A stretch of DNA of 64,000 nucleotides, taken from NCBI GenBank assembly GCA_945890755.1, contig CAMDDA010000001.1:7656-71655 (forward strand). Reading direction: 5' to 3'. Shown one piece after another: positions 29,385 through 37,604 of this stretch. Position 1 is the stretch's first letter; the number at the start of each line of letters is the position of its first letter. Source of the DNA: Candidatus Kuenenia stuttgartensis (GTDB lineage Bacteria > Planctomycetota > Planctomycetia > Pirellulales > UBA1268). The translations under genes and the position numbers were made by a program. Below the pieces are notes generated by a model that ran no database searches, was not told where the DNA came from, and saw only the letters and a program-made list of their open reading frames with translations.

Positions 29385-30605
29385 TCAGTACCCCAACCCC
29401 AGCCGCAGCATGAGCGTGTCGTCGAGATCCTGCCGCCGCGGCTGACCGACGACGAAGAACAGCTGCCGCGCGAACACGTAGCCCACCTCGAAGTTGCCCG
29501 TGAGTCCCGTGCGGGTCGTCGGCACGGCTTCCACGCCGAGCGCCACGCGGATGTCGTTGTAGTCGAACGGCGAGATCGCGCCGGTGTCGCGGCGGAACGT
29601 CCAGGCGCCGCCGCCGTACTCGCCATAGAGATAGCCCCACCACGACCGCTTCGGCCCGGTGGAGAACTTCCGCGAGAGCTTCGGCGCGGGGAAGAAAAAG
29701 TCGTAGCGGGCGTCGGCGTTGGGCGTCCAGGTGAGCCCGACCGCAGGCAGGAGCTTGATGTCGTTGCGGTCGATGTAGACGATGCCCGCCTTCCCCTGCA
29801 TCGTGGGCGTGAGCTGGAGCGTGCCGATGGCCCGGCCCATGATGCGCCAGCTGTCGGTGACGAAGACGTTCCAGTTGGTGTAGATGCCGGTACGAATGCC
29901 GAGTTCGGCGCCGAACAGCGGAGTGAACTGCGGGTTCCAGGCGGCATCGATGAACACGTCGTAGGTGTTGGGCGGAAGATCCGCGAGCATCGTGGCCGTC
30001 GTCTGAGGGCCATCCCAGAGCTGGAGGCCAAAACCGGGTGTGAGCAGGAGCGGGGCGTGGTTGAGGTTCGCCGGGGAGTTGTGGAAGAACGGCAGCGCGA
30101 ACGTGGCCGTCGTGTCGAGTTCGTTCACGCCGACGCTCGTACCGTCGCCGTCGCCGAAGAGATAGGCCCAGCTGCCACGCGCGCCCTGATAGACGTGCAT
30201 CGTCTGGGAATAGGCCTGCTGAAACTGCGTCGGCCCCTGCGGCGGCGCATACGGATTCGCCAGCTGCCCGGTGCCCTGCGTCGGCACCAGCGACGGTGCC
30301 GCCGTTGAATAACCCGGATAGCCCGGCTGACCCGAGATCGCCGACGGCGCCCAGGTCGAAGGCGGCGGCGCGGCGTTCGCCGGAAAGAGCTGTGGAGCCT
30401 GCGGCCCGTAGGGATCCCAGCCACCGGGAGGCGGCGGCAGCGACACGCCCGGGGGCGGCGCCTGGGCGATCCGGTCGAGCGACGATGCCGCCGGCGGCGG
30501 GAGCGACACCGTCTGGCCGGCCGCCGGCCAGGCCGCGGCCAAGGCCGCGGCGATCGCCAGCGTCGACAGAAGTGAAGGCCGCATATCGCGCACGCTCCGG
30601 CTCAT
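29385..30605 (-). CDS. putative outer-membrane beta-barrel protein (paralog 2)
   Basis: Signal peptide ...STLAIAAALAAAWPAAGQ and a long Pro/Gln-rich region. Shares blocks with paralog 1 (LLTPGFG; IVYIDRNDIKLLPAVGLTWTP vs VIYLDRYDVNMLPAGGLLWTP). C-terminus LRLGLGY. Confidence 0.5.
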   Translation of the reverse strand: MSRSVRDMRPSLLSTLAIAAALAAAWPAAGQTVSLPPPAASSLDRIAQAPPPGVSLPPPPGGWDPYGPQAPQLFPANAAPPPSTWAPSAISGQPGYPGYSTAAPSLVPTQGTGQLANPYAPPQGPTQFQQAYSQTMHVYQGARGSWAYLFGDGDGTSVGVNELDTTATFALPFFHNSPANLNHAPLLLTPGFGLQLWDGPQTTATMLADLPPNTYDVFIDAAWNPQFTPLFGAELGIRTGIYTNWNVFVTDSWRIMGRAIGTLQLTPTMQGKAGIVYIDRNDIKLLPAVGLTWTPNADARYDFFFPAPKLSRKFSTGPKRSWWGYLYGEYGGGAWTFRRDTGAISPFDYNDIRVALGVEAVPTTRTGLTGNFEVGYVFARQLFFVVGQPRRQDLDDTLMLRLGLGY

Positions 30606-30609
30606 CCAG

Positions 30610-30667
30610 CTCGGGATCTACACAACTCGGGATCTACGGGGAGACCAGCCGGACGGAGACCAGCCGG
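30610..30667. repeat. two adjacent short tandem direct repeats in the 5' region of OM-barrel paralog 2
   Basis: CTCGGGATCTAC at 30610-30621 and 30626-30637. GGAGACCAGCCGG at 30640-30652 and 30655-30667. Confidence 0.85.
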
Positions 30668-30833
30668 CGACCAAGAAGGAGGGGGCTCCGCCGGCGCAGC
30701 CGACCGCGGCGACGACCCGACGGCGGGGGGTACCGCGCGGCGACCGGCAGGGTCAAGATCGCGGCGTTGCGGCACGATGTCGCCGACGCAACGATTCACG
30801 AGCCCGGGCGGCCCGATACCGGCAGGCCATATG

Positions 30834-30861
30834 TGATGTGCCTCGTTTGATGTGCCTCGTT
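30834..30861. repeat. perfect 14-bp tandem duplication at the birA start
   Basis: TGATGTGCCTCGTT occurs twice (30834-30847, 30848-30861). Copy 1 encodes ATG-TGC-CTC-GTT-TGA (MCLV*), whose TGA overlaps ATG 30850. Confidence 0.9.
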
Positions 30862-31698
30862 CGCGCAGACCATCCCGTGCCTACCTTTCCACCGCAGCTT
30901 GCCTCACACGCCGAGCCTCTCGATGCCGCCGCGCTCGCCGCGGCGGGCTACGCCACGGTCGTGCACCTGCCTGTCGCCGACTCGACGATGGTGGAGGCGC
31001 GGCGGCTGGCGGCCGATCCAGCGACGCGGCTGCCGGCGGTCGTGATCGCCGACCGGCAGCTGAGCGGCCGCGGCCGGCGCGGGGCCGGCTGGTGGCAGGC
31101 CGACGGCAGCCTCGCCGCGAGCATCGTGGCTGACGGGCCGGCATTCGGCCTGACCACTGCGAGCCCGCAGCCGGTCTGGTCGTTGGCCTGCGGCGTCGTG
31201 CTCGCGGAGACGATCCGCGCGTGCGAACCCGAAACCGACGTGCGGATCAAATGGCCGAATGACCTCGAGGTGGCGGGCCGCAAACTCGCCGGCATCATCG
31301 TCGAGGCCCACGCCTCGGGCCGCACGATCTTCGGGATCGGCGTCAACACGGCCGGCTCGGGGACCGCCGCCCCCGCTGGGCTCCGCGACCGAATCGTCAC
31401 GCTGCCGGACCTCGTGGGCCACGCGCTGTCGCGGTCACGGCTTCTCGCCGCCTGGCTGCAGCGGCTCCAACTTCTGCTCCGCGAGATGGATGCCGACCCG
31501 GCCGCCCTGGCGCGGCGGTATCTTCCCCTGTGCTGCCTCACGGGGCGGGTCGTGACGATTCACGTCGGCACGCAGCAGCACTCAGGCCTCTGCCACGGCA
31601 TCGCAGGCGACGGCGGCCTCGTCATCGACACGCCCGCCGGCCCGCGGACATTCGCCTCCGGCAGCCTCACGCCACCAGGGAGCGAGTGGCATCAATAA
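30838..31698 (+). CDS. birA: biotin--[acetyl-CoA-carboxylase] ligase (group I, no HTH)
   Basis: ADRQLSGRGRRGAGWWQADGSLAASIV and IKWPNDLEVAGRKLAGIIVE. The start is either GTG 30838 or ATG 30850. Confidence 0.82.
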   Translation: MPRLMCLVRADHPVPTFPPQLASHAEPLDAAALAAAGYATVVHLPVADSTMVEARRLAADPATRLPAVVIADRQLSGRGRRGAGWWQADGSLAASIVADGPAFGLTTASPQPVWSLACGVVLAETIRACEPETDVRIKWPNDLEVAGRKLAGIIVEAHASGRTIFGIGVNTAGSGTAAPAGLRDRIVTLPDLVGHALSRSRLLAAWLQRLQLLLREMDADPAALARRYLPLCCLTGRVVTIHVGTQQHSGLCHGIAGDGGLVIDTPAGPRTFASGSLTPPGSEWHQ

Positions 31699-31823
31699 AA
31701 GCCCCCAGGCGCAAGCCGGGGGATCGCGTTACAGGTGGGCGATATCGTGTCCATAAAAGCCCCCAGGCGCAAGCCGGGGGATCGCGCCACGTCATCCCCT
31801 CGCTCGCGCTCAGGGCTTGGATG
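31693..31823. repeat. composite palindromic intergenic repeat (two A units + one B unit)
   Basis: A units (c)AATAAAAGCCCCCAGGCGCAAGCCGGGGGATCGCG at 31693-31728 and 31751-31786. B unit (reverse) ATCCCCTCGCTCGCGCTCAGGGCTTGGATG at 31794-31823. The same units recur at 40.5, 43.0 and 45.5 kb. Confidence 0.9.
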
Positions 31824-32850
31824 CGCGGGCGACGACGCACACTTCTCGGCCGCCGGTCGAAAGCTGGCGGGCCTGAGGCCGAAAACCCCAGCCCCGAAAC
31901 GACGCCAGCCAGTCCGGCAAAGCCGCCGCCCGCGACCATTCCGGCAGCTTGAGCGTGGCGATGATCCCCCGCGGCCGCACGCCGGGAGCCGTGACGATCC
32001 GGCCCAGCGACTCCATCGTGCTCACCGGGTCGATGTTCATGTCGCACACGAGCCAGTCGAAGCCGCGAAACTCCCGCAGCTTCACGTCGCGGGCTCGCTT
32101 CCGCCACTGCATGAACCGCGGATGGGCGGCGACGACGGGATCGACGAGGGCCGGATCGATGCCCACCACGTCGAGCCCCGCCTCCAGGAGCCGCTGACAC
32201 GCCCCACCCGGCGCGGCGCCCAGTTCGACGGCCCGCTGTCCGGGGTCGAGGGCCGGCTCGAAGGTCGCGATCGCCTCGTCGAGCTTGAGCCAGGCGCGGC
32301 TCACAGCGCTCGGCGGCAGCGTGCCCGGGTAGATGCCGCCGGGCCAGCGACTCGGCGGCGTGGCCGCCCGATGCCAACCCACCCACCACCGCTCGGCTGA
32401 ATCGAGCACGCAATCGAGCACGCGATCGCCCGGTGCGGCGATCGTCGTCGTCGCCGTGATGCCGGCGGCCGCCAGCAGTCGGGAGCGGATCGCCTCGACC
32501 GACGCCTCGAGGGCAGGATCCCGGGCCCAGACGTGGACGTTCTGCCATGGCCCCGCGGCCATCGCGAGTGCCGCCGCCACCCGCGCGGCATCGTCATCGC
32601 CTGCCACCTGGCCGAGCGAGTGGACGCACGTGCGGGCGAAGACGAGATCGGTCCAGAAGTCGCGGGGCGGATCGAACGGCGGATGACCCGGCGGGTCGAG
32701 CCGAAACGTGACGACCCCACGCCGCCAGGCCGCCTTGCGAACCTGCGGTACGACCGCCTCTTGCCGACGGACGAGTTCCGCCTCCGCCCCGCCCCGGCAG
32801 GCGACGAGCAGAAACTGGCCGGAGGTTGCGGGAGCAGGCGTGGAGTCCAT
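31810..32850 (-). CDS. rlmM: 23S rRNA (cytidine-2'-O)-methyltransferase RlmM-like
   Basis: Internal ATG at 32850. Colinear with E. coli RlmM motifs as I recall them: SRAWLKLDEA (APSRSTLKLEEA), ELGAAPGG (DLGACPGG), WLVCDM (WMVCDM), ATLKLP (FNLKLP), ARQLSTGGREV. Confidence 0.75.
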   Translation of the reverse strand: MDSTPAPATSGQFLLVACRGGAEAELVRRQEAVVPQVRKAAWRRGVVTFRLDPPGHPPFDPPRDFWTDLVFARTCVHSLGQVAGDDDAARVAAALAMAAGPWQNVHVWARDPALEASVEAIRSRLLAAAGITATTTIAAPGDRVLDCVLDSAERWWVGWHRAATPPSRWPGGIYPGTLPPSAVSRAWLKLDEAIATFEPALDPGQRAVELGAAPGGACQRLLEAGLDVVGIDPALVDPVVAAHPRFMQWRKRARDVKLREFRGFDWLVCDMNIDPVSTMESLGRIVTAPGVRPRGIIATLKLPEWSRAAALPDWLASFRGWGFRPQARQLSTGGREVCVVARASKP

Positions 32851-32880
32851 CCCCAGAAGAGTATCCCGCAGAGGACCTGC

Positions 32881-32925
32881 CAAAAAATCAGGCCGGCCCG
32901 GGCGCCCAAGGGCCCGGGCCGGCCT
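32881..32925 (-). terminator. rho-independent terminator about 30 nt upstream of the rlmM-like start
   Basis: Minus strand: GGCCGGCCCGGGC-CCTTGG-GCGCCCGGGCCGGCC (32924-32891) followed by TGATTTTTTG (T-run = A-run 32882-32887 on plus). Confidence 0.8.
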
Positions 32926-33120
32926 TTCTCGTCTGAACGCTGACTCCCCGGATTCACTCCCGTCCGCGGGCGAACCCGGGAGGACGGACGAACCGGAGAC
33001 CAAGGACCGCGAGGCTCCCGAAGGAAACCTCGGGGGCAGAAGCGACCGTGGCCGAAGCCACGAGACTCCCCTGCCGAGGCTTTGTCGAGTCACCCGTTGC
33101 CGGGCCACTCAACGGATGCC

Positions 33121-33183
33121 TCAGCCGTGGCCCTTCTTCTTCTTGGCGACCTTCTTGGCAGCCTTCTTCTTCTTCTTGGCCAT
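33121..33183 (-). CDS. 20-codon Lys-rich micro-ORF (candidate leader peptide or small basic peptide)
   Basis: AGGAG (plus-strand CTCCT 33192-33196) lies 8 nt before ATG 33183. It encodes MAKKKKKAAKKVAKKKKGHG, with 11 Lys, all AAG. TGA at 33121-33123. It is shorter than any ORF listed in the track. Confidence 0.45.
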   Translation of the reverse strand: MAKKKKKAAKKVAKKKKGHG

Positions 33184-33527
33184 CGATCTGGCTCCTTCCA
33201 AACGAGCACCCGAACTAGGCTCACGTCCGCTCCCCGGGGCGCTCACACGACGGGAACGAACGACGTCATCGGCATGTGGAAGACCGCGATTGCTCGTGAT
33301 CCCCGCACGTCGATATGCACGTTGTGAAGGATGCTCCGGAAAACTGTCAAGAGAAATTCTCGAAAAATTTCAGGTTTTTTCCTGTTCCGAACCAGCGAGT
33401 GGCCTTCCAACCCCACCCGCGCATGCGGCGGCGACGACGCATCGGCTTGGTATCATCCGTGATTGAATCTCGCACGCTCCGTCGCGCGGCCCACGTTCTT
33501 CTTTCACTCTTCGCTCTGTTCAACACG

Positions 33528-34730
33528 ATGCAAAACTCATCCTGTTTGCGGCTCGCAAGCCGCATGAACGCTCTGGAACCATCCGCCACGCTGGCCATGG
33601 CGGCGCGGGCGCAGGCGCTCGCCGCAGCCGGCGCCGACGTCGTCGATCTCTCGGTCGGTGAACCCGACTTCCCGACGCCGGCCCACATCTGCCGGGCCGC
33701 CGAGGCCGCCATCGCCGCCGGCAAGACGAAGTACACGCCGGCCGCCGGCATCCCCGATCTCCGCAAGGCTGTCGCCGCCGACTTCACCCGCCGCACCGGC
33801 CTGCCGGCCACTCCCGCCCAGGTCGTCGTCTCCAACGGCGCCAAGCACTCCTTGCACAACGCCTTCACGGCGCTCCTCGACGCCGGGGACGAGGTGATCG
33901 TGCCCACGCCCTATTGGGTGAGCTATGCCGAGCTGATCAAGCTGGCCGGCGCGAAGCCCGTGCTCATCGAGACGAAGATCGAGGACGACTTCAAGCTCCG
34001 CCCGGAGGCCCTGCAGGCCGCCCTCACGCCGCGCACCAGGATGCTCCTGCTCTGCTCACCGAGCAATCCCACCGGGGTCGTCTATTCGGCGGCCGAGCTG
34101 ACGGCCCTGGCCGACATCGCGATCGAGGCCGACATCGCCGTGGTGGCCGACGAGATCTACGACCAGCTCGTGTTCGACGGCCGACCTGAAATCTCGTTTC
34201 CCACGCTCCGTCCGGGGCTCGCCGACCGCACGGTCGTCGTGGCCGGCGTGAGCAAGACCTACTCCATGACCGGCTGGCGAATCGGCTGGACGATCGCCCC
34301 CGAACCCCTTTCCAAGGCGATCGCCAACCTCCAGAGCCAGGAGACGAGCAACCCCTGCAGCGTGAGCCAACACGCGGCCCTGGCGGCCCTCACCGGGCCG
34401 CAGGAGTGCGTGGCCGAGATGCGCCGCGAGTTCCAACAGCGGCGTGACCTCGTCGCCGGGCGGCTGCGGGCGATGCCGGGCGTGCAACTGCCAGAGATCG
34501 GCGGTGCCTTTTACGCGTTCTTCGACATCCGCACGCCGCTCGCCCGCTCGGCAGCGCGTGGCATCGCCACCAGCCTGCAGTGGTGCGAGGCTCTGCTGGA
34601 ACACGAGAAGGTCGCGCTCGTCGCCGGCAGCGCCTTCGGTGCCGAGGGACATGTGCGGATGTCGTTCGCGGCCTCTACCGAGAAGCTCACCCAAGGCCTC
34701 GACCGGATCGAGCGATTTCTTACAGGCTGA
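33528..34730 (+). CDS. pyridoxal-phosphate-dependent aminotransferase (aspartate aminotransferase-like, class I)
   Basis: Internal ATG at 33528. LEPSATLAMAARAQALAAAGADVVDLSVGEPDFPTP, NPTG and SKTYSMTGWRIGW (PLP lysine). Confidence 0.85.
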   Translation: MQNSSCLRLASRMNALEPSATLAMAARAQALAAAGADVVDLSVGEPDFPTPAHICRAAEAAIAAGKTKYTPAAGIPDLRKAVAADFTRRTGLPATPAQVVVSNGAKHSLHNAFTALLDAGDEVIVPTPYWVSYAELIKLAGAKPVLIETKIEDDFKLRPEALQAALTPRTRMLLLCSPSNPTGVVYSAAELTALADIAIEADIAVVADEIYDQLVFDGRPEISFPTLRPGLADRTVVVAGVSKTYSMTGWRIGWTIAPEPLSKAIANLQSQETSNPCSVSQHAALAALTGPQECVAEMRREFQQRRDLVAGRLRAMPGVQLPEIGGAFYAFFDIRTPLARSAARGIATSLQWCEALLEHEKVALVAGSAFGAEGHVRMSFAASTEKLTQGLDRIERFLTG

Positions 34731-34731
34731 C

Positions 34732-35934
34732 ATGACGGGCTCCAGAGCGGCCGCCACGATCTACCTCGACCACGCCGCAACCACACCCCTGCGGGACGAG
34801 GTGCGGCAGGCGATCGCCGCCGCCGAAACGACCGGCTTCGCCAATCCGTCGAGCCCACACGCGCTCGGCAGACAGGCACGCCGGCTGCTCGACGACGCCC
34901 GCGAGCGCATCCTCGCCCTGCTCGGGGCCCGCACGACCGGCCGCGACCGCGACCGGCTCGTCTTCACGGGCGGCGCCACCGAGGCCAACCGGCTCGCCCT
35001 CCTCGGCATGGCAGGAAGAGACCCAGTCGTCTGCCGATATTCCGCCCGCGACCACGGCAGCGTCGTGGCCGCAGCTCGGCAACTGGCAGACCGCGGGTGC
35101 GACGTCGCCTCCGTGCCGCTCCTGTCCTCGGGGCGGCTCGACTGCAGTGGGCTCGACTGGCCGGCGGCCGCTCCCCGGAGGATTCTTTGCACCACGCTCG
35201 TCTGCGGCCAAACGGGCAGCGTCGAAGACCTGGCCGCCGGCCGCGCTGCCGCCGGCGACTGCCTCATCCACGTCGATGCCACTCAGGCGGTCGCCGTGGA
35301 GCCCATCGCGTTTGCCACGCTCGGGGTGCACACGCTCGCCTTCGCACCGCACAAGTTCGGTGGGCCGCGGGGCATCGGCTGTCTCGTCCTCCGCGGTGAC
35401 ACGGCCATCGCCGCCGTGACACCGGGACCACAAGAGGCTGGACTGCGCGGGGGCACGGAGCCCGTACCGCTCGCCGTCGGCTGTGCTGTCGCATTGGAGT
35501 CGGCTGTTGCCGCCCGCGAGCAGGAAGCCCGCCGGCTGCTTGAACTCCGTGACCGTTTGGAGGCGGGGCTCGTGGCGACAGCAGTCGCAGCGGGACGTGC
35601 AGCGATCGTGATCGCAGCGGAGGCATCCCGGGCAGCACACATCACGACGATCGCCTTTCCTGGCATCGACCGCCAGGCCTTCGTGATGGCTGCCGATCTC
35701 GAGGGCGTATGCTGCGCGACCGGCACTGCCTGCGCCAGTGGCTCGAGCCTTCCTGCGCCGGCGGTCGAGGCATGCGTCCCGCCGGAAGTCGCGGCCGCGG
35801 CGGTGCGGTTCAGCCTGGGCTGGACGACGACAAGCAGTGATGTCGATGAAGCGATCGCACGGCTGAGCGGTATATTGATGCGAGGTGCTGCGCAGACTGC
35901 CAGCGGTCGCCCCCGAAGTGCATCAGCTTCGTAG
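34732..35934 (+). CDS. cysteine desulfurase (class V aminotransferase, IscS/NifS-like)
   Basis: ATG at 34732, one nt after the aminotransferase stop. IYLDHAATTP, NPSSPHALG, HKFGGPRGIG (PLP lysine), and the catalytic-Cys loop ATGTACASGS. Confidence 0.78.
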   Translation: MTGSRAAATIYLDHAATTPLRDEVRQAIAAAETTGFANPSSPHALGRQARRLLDDARERILALLGARTTGRDRDRLVFTGGATEANRLALLGMAGRDPVVCRYSARDHGSVVAAARQLADRGCDVASVPLLSSGRLDCSGLDWPAAAPRRILCTTLVCGQTGSVEDLAAGRAAAGDCLIHVDATQAVAVEPIAFATLGVHTLAFAPHKFGGPRGIGCLVLRGDTAIAAVTPGPQEAGLRGGTEPVPLAVGCAVALESAVAAREQEARRLLELRDRLEAGLVATAVAAGRAAIVIAAEASRAAHITTIAFPGIDRQAFVMAADLEGVCCATGTACASGSSLPAPAVEACVPPEVAAAAVRFSLGWTTTSSDVDEAIARLSGILMRGAAQTASGRPRSASAS

Positions 35935-36308
35935 ACCAGTCAGTCGGTGACGGGCAGCCCGCTGCTCCGCAACGGGCCTACGCGCTTCCCGGTCCGCCCT
36001 GGGTGGCGGCAGGCCGTTCATTGGATGTTGATTCGGGTGCGAATGGCCCGTGCCACACGAGCCGACATCCCCGACGACGACGAAGCCAGCGGCGTCAGGC
36101 GACGAGCCACCTGCGTTCCGGCGGGAACTGAACCTTGCAGTCCTGACCTGGCGGCAGCCGACAGACTGCGAACCGACACGTTCTCAACAGCTCGGGCGAC
36201 ATGATTTCGACAATCCAGTTCCGAAGTGCCAGCGTGATCAGCTGCTGAAATCATGGTCCCCGAGCCGTCTGGGATCACCCTGAGCGTCCCCGACCGGTAT
36301 TCCTGTCG

Positions 36309-36392
36309 GTTTGTGTTCTTATTCCTATTACCTCCTTATTCATTCCTATTTTCTTTTCTTCAAAAGACTCAAAAAGACAGGAAAAACCTTCC
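36309..36392. other. AT-rich island with short direct repeats upstream of dnaN (candidate DUE/oriC element or dnaN promoter)
   Basis: gtttgtgttcttattcctattacctccttattcattcctattttcttttcttcaaaagactcaaaaagacaggaaaaacc in an otherwise roughly 70% GC context. Repeats are CTTATTC..TCCTATT (x2) and AAAAGAC (x2). Only weak DnaA-box-like sites are present (TGTGGAgcc at about 36393-36401). Confidence 0.35.
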
Positions 36393-36491
36393 TGTGGAGC
36401 CCATTCAAGAGCCCGCCCGGAACGGGTAAACTCTCCAGTTCTTCCGTGACGGATCCCCGTCGCCGCCCTCCGCGAGGAACACCTTCGGACC

Positions 36492-37604
36492 ATGAATATC
36501 CGCTGCACCCGCGAACCGTTGCTGGCCGCCCTGCAGAGCGCCTCGGCCGTCGTCCCGGCCCGCTCCCCCAAGCCCGTGCTTGCAAACGTGAAGTTCGAGG
36601 CGGGGCGGGAAGGCGCCGTGCTGTCGGCGACCGACCTGGAGGTGGGCATCCGCATCGAGGTCGAGGGGGTCGAAACATCAGCTCCTGGCAGCGTGCTCCT
36701 GCCGAGCGGACGGCTGATGGCGATCGTGCGCGAGAGCAGCCCGGGCACGGTGTTCGACATCCACACCGACGGCACGGCCGCGGTGGTGAAGGCACCCCGG
36801 AGCGAGTTTCGCCTGCCCGCCGAGGATCCGCTCGAGTTCCCGTCGGTCGCCGCGTTTCCCGACGAGGCCTGCTTCGAGGTGGCGACGCCGCTCGTCCGTG
36901 AACTCGTCCGCCGCACGGTGTTCGCCACCGACAACGAGTCGAGCCGCTACGCCCTCGGCGGCGTGCTGGTCGAGCTGTCGCCGCAGGGTGTGATTGCGGT
37001 CGGCACGGACGGCCGGCGGCTGGCGAAGATGGAGGGGCCGGCGACCGGCGGCGAGACCACGCTCACCGATGTGCAGCCGATCGTGCCGGCGCGAGCAATG
37101 CAGCTCATCGAGCGGTGCCTTGGTGCCGCCGACGTGCCGGTGCGGATCGCCGCCCGGGCCAGCGAGATCATGGTGAAGAGCGGCGGCACGACGATCTCCG
37201 CCCGGCTGGTGGATGGCCGGTTCCCACGCTGGCGAGACGTGTTTCCCGATCGGCCCGACGCGATTCGGGTGCCGCTCGTGGCCGGCCCGTTTCTGGCCGC
37301 CGTGCGGCAGGCGGCGATCGTCACGAGCGAGCAGTCGAAGGGGGTCGATTTCTCGTTCGAGCCCGGCCAGCTCGTGCTCTCCGGCCGGTCGGCCGAAAGC
37401 GGCGAGAGCCGCGTCGAACTGCCGATCGACCATGCGGGGGCCGCCGTCCGGATCAAGCTCGACCCGCGGTTCATGAGCGACTTCCTTCGCGTGCTCGACG
37501 GGGCCGCCGCGGTGACGGTCGAACTGACCGATCCCCAGAGTGCCTGCGTCTGCCGGACCGACGATGGCTATGCCTATGTCATCATGCCCTTGGCGGCCGA
37601 CTGA
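36492..37604 (+). CDS. dnaN: DNA polymerase III subunit beta (sliding clamp)
   Basis: 370 aa. REPLLAALQSASAVVPARSPKPVLANVKFEA...LSATDLEVGI, and a three-domain length. Confidence 0.92.
   Translation: MNIRCTREPLLAALQSASAVVPARSPKPVLANVKFEAGREGAVLSATDLEVGIRIEVEGVETSAPGSVLLPSGRLMAIVRESSPGTVFDIHTDGTAAVVKAPRSEFRLPAEDPLEFPSVAAFPDEACFEVATPLVRELVRRTVFATDNESSRYALGGVLVELSPQGVIAVGTDGRRLAKMEGPATGGETTLTDVQPIVPARAMQLIERCLGAADVPVRIAARASEIMVKSGGTTISARLVDGRFPRWRDVFPDRPDAIRVPLVAGPFLAAVRQAAIVTSEQSKGVDFSFEPGQLVLSGRSAESGESRVELPIDHAGAAVRIKLDPRFMSDFLRVLDGAAAVTVELTDPQSACVCRTDDGYAYVIMPLAAD

Noticed and set aside
36018-36278. 86-aa minus-strand ORF (GTG start) in the gap upstream of dnaN
   Set aside because: Third-position GC is only about 60% by hand count. 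There is no convincing RBS and no recognisable family, so it is more likely non-coding. It is worth rechecking with expression data.
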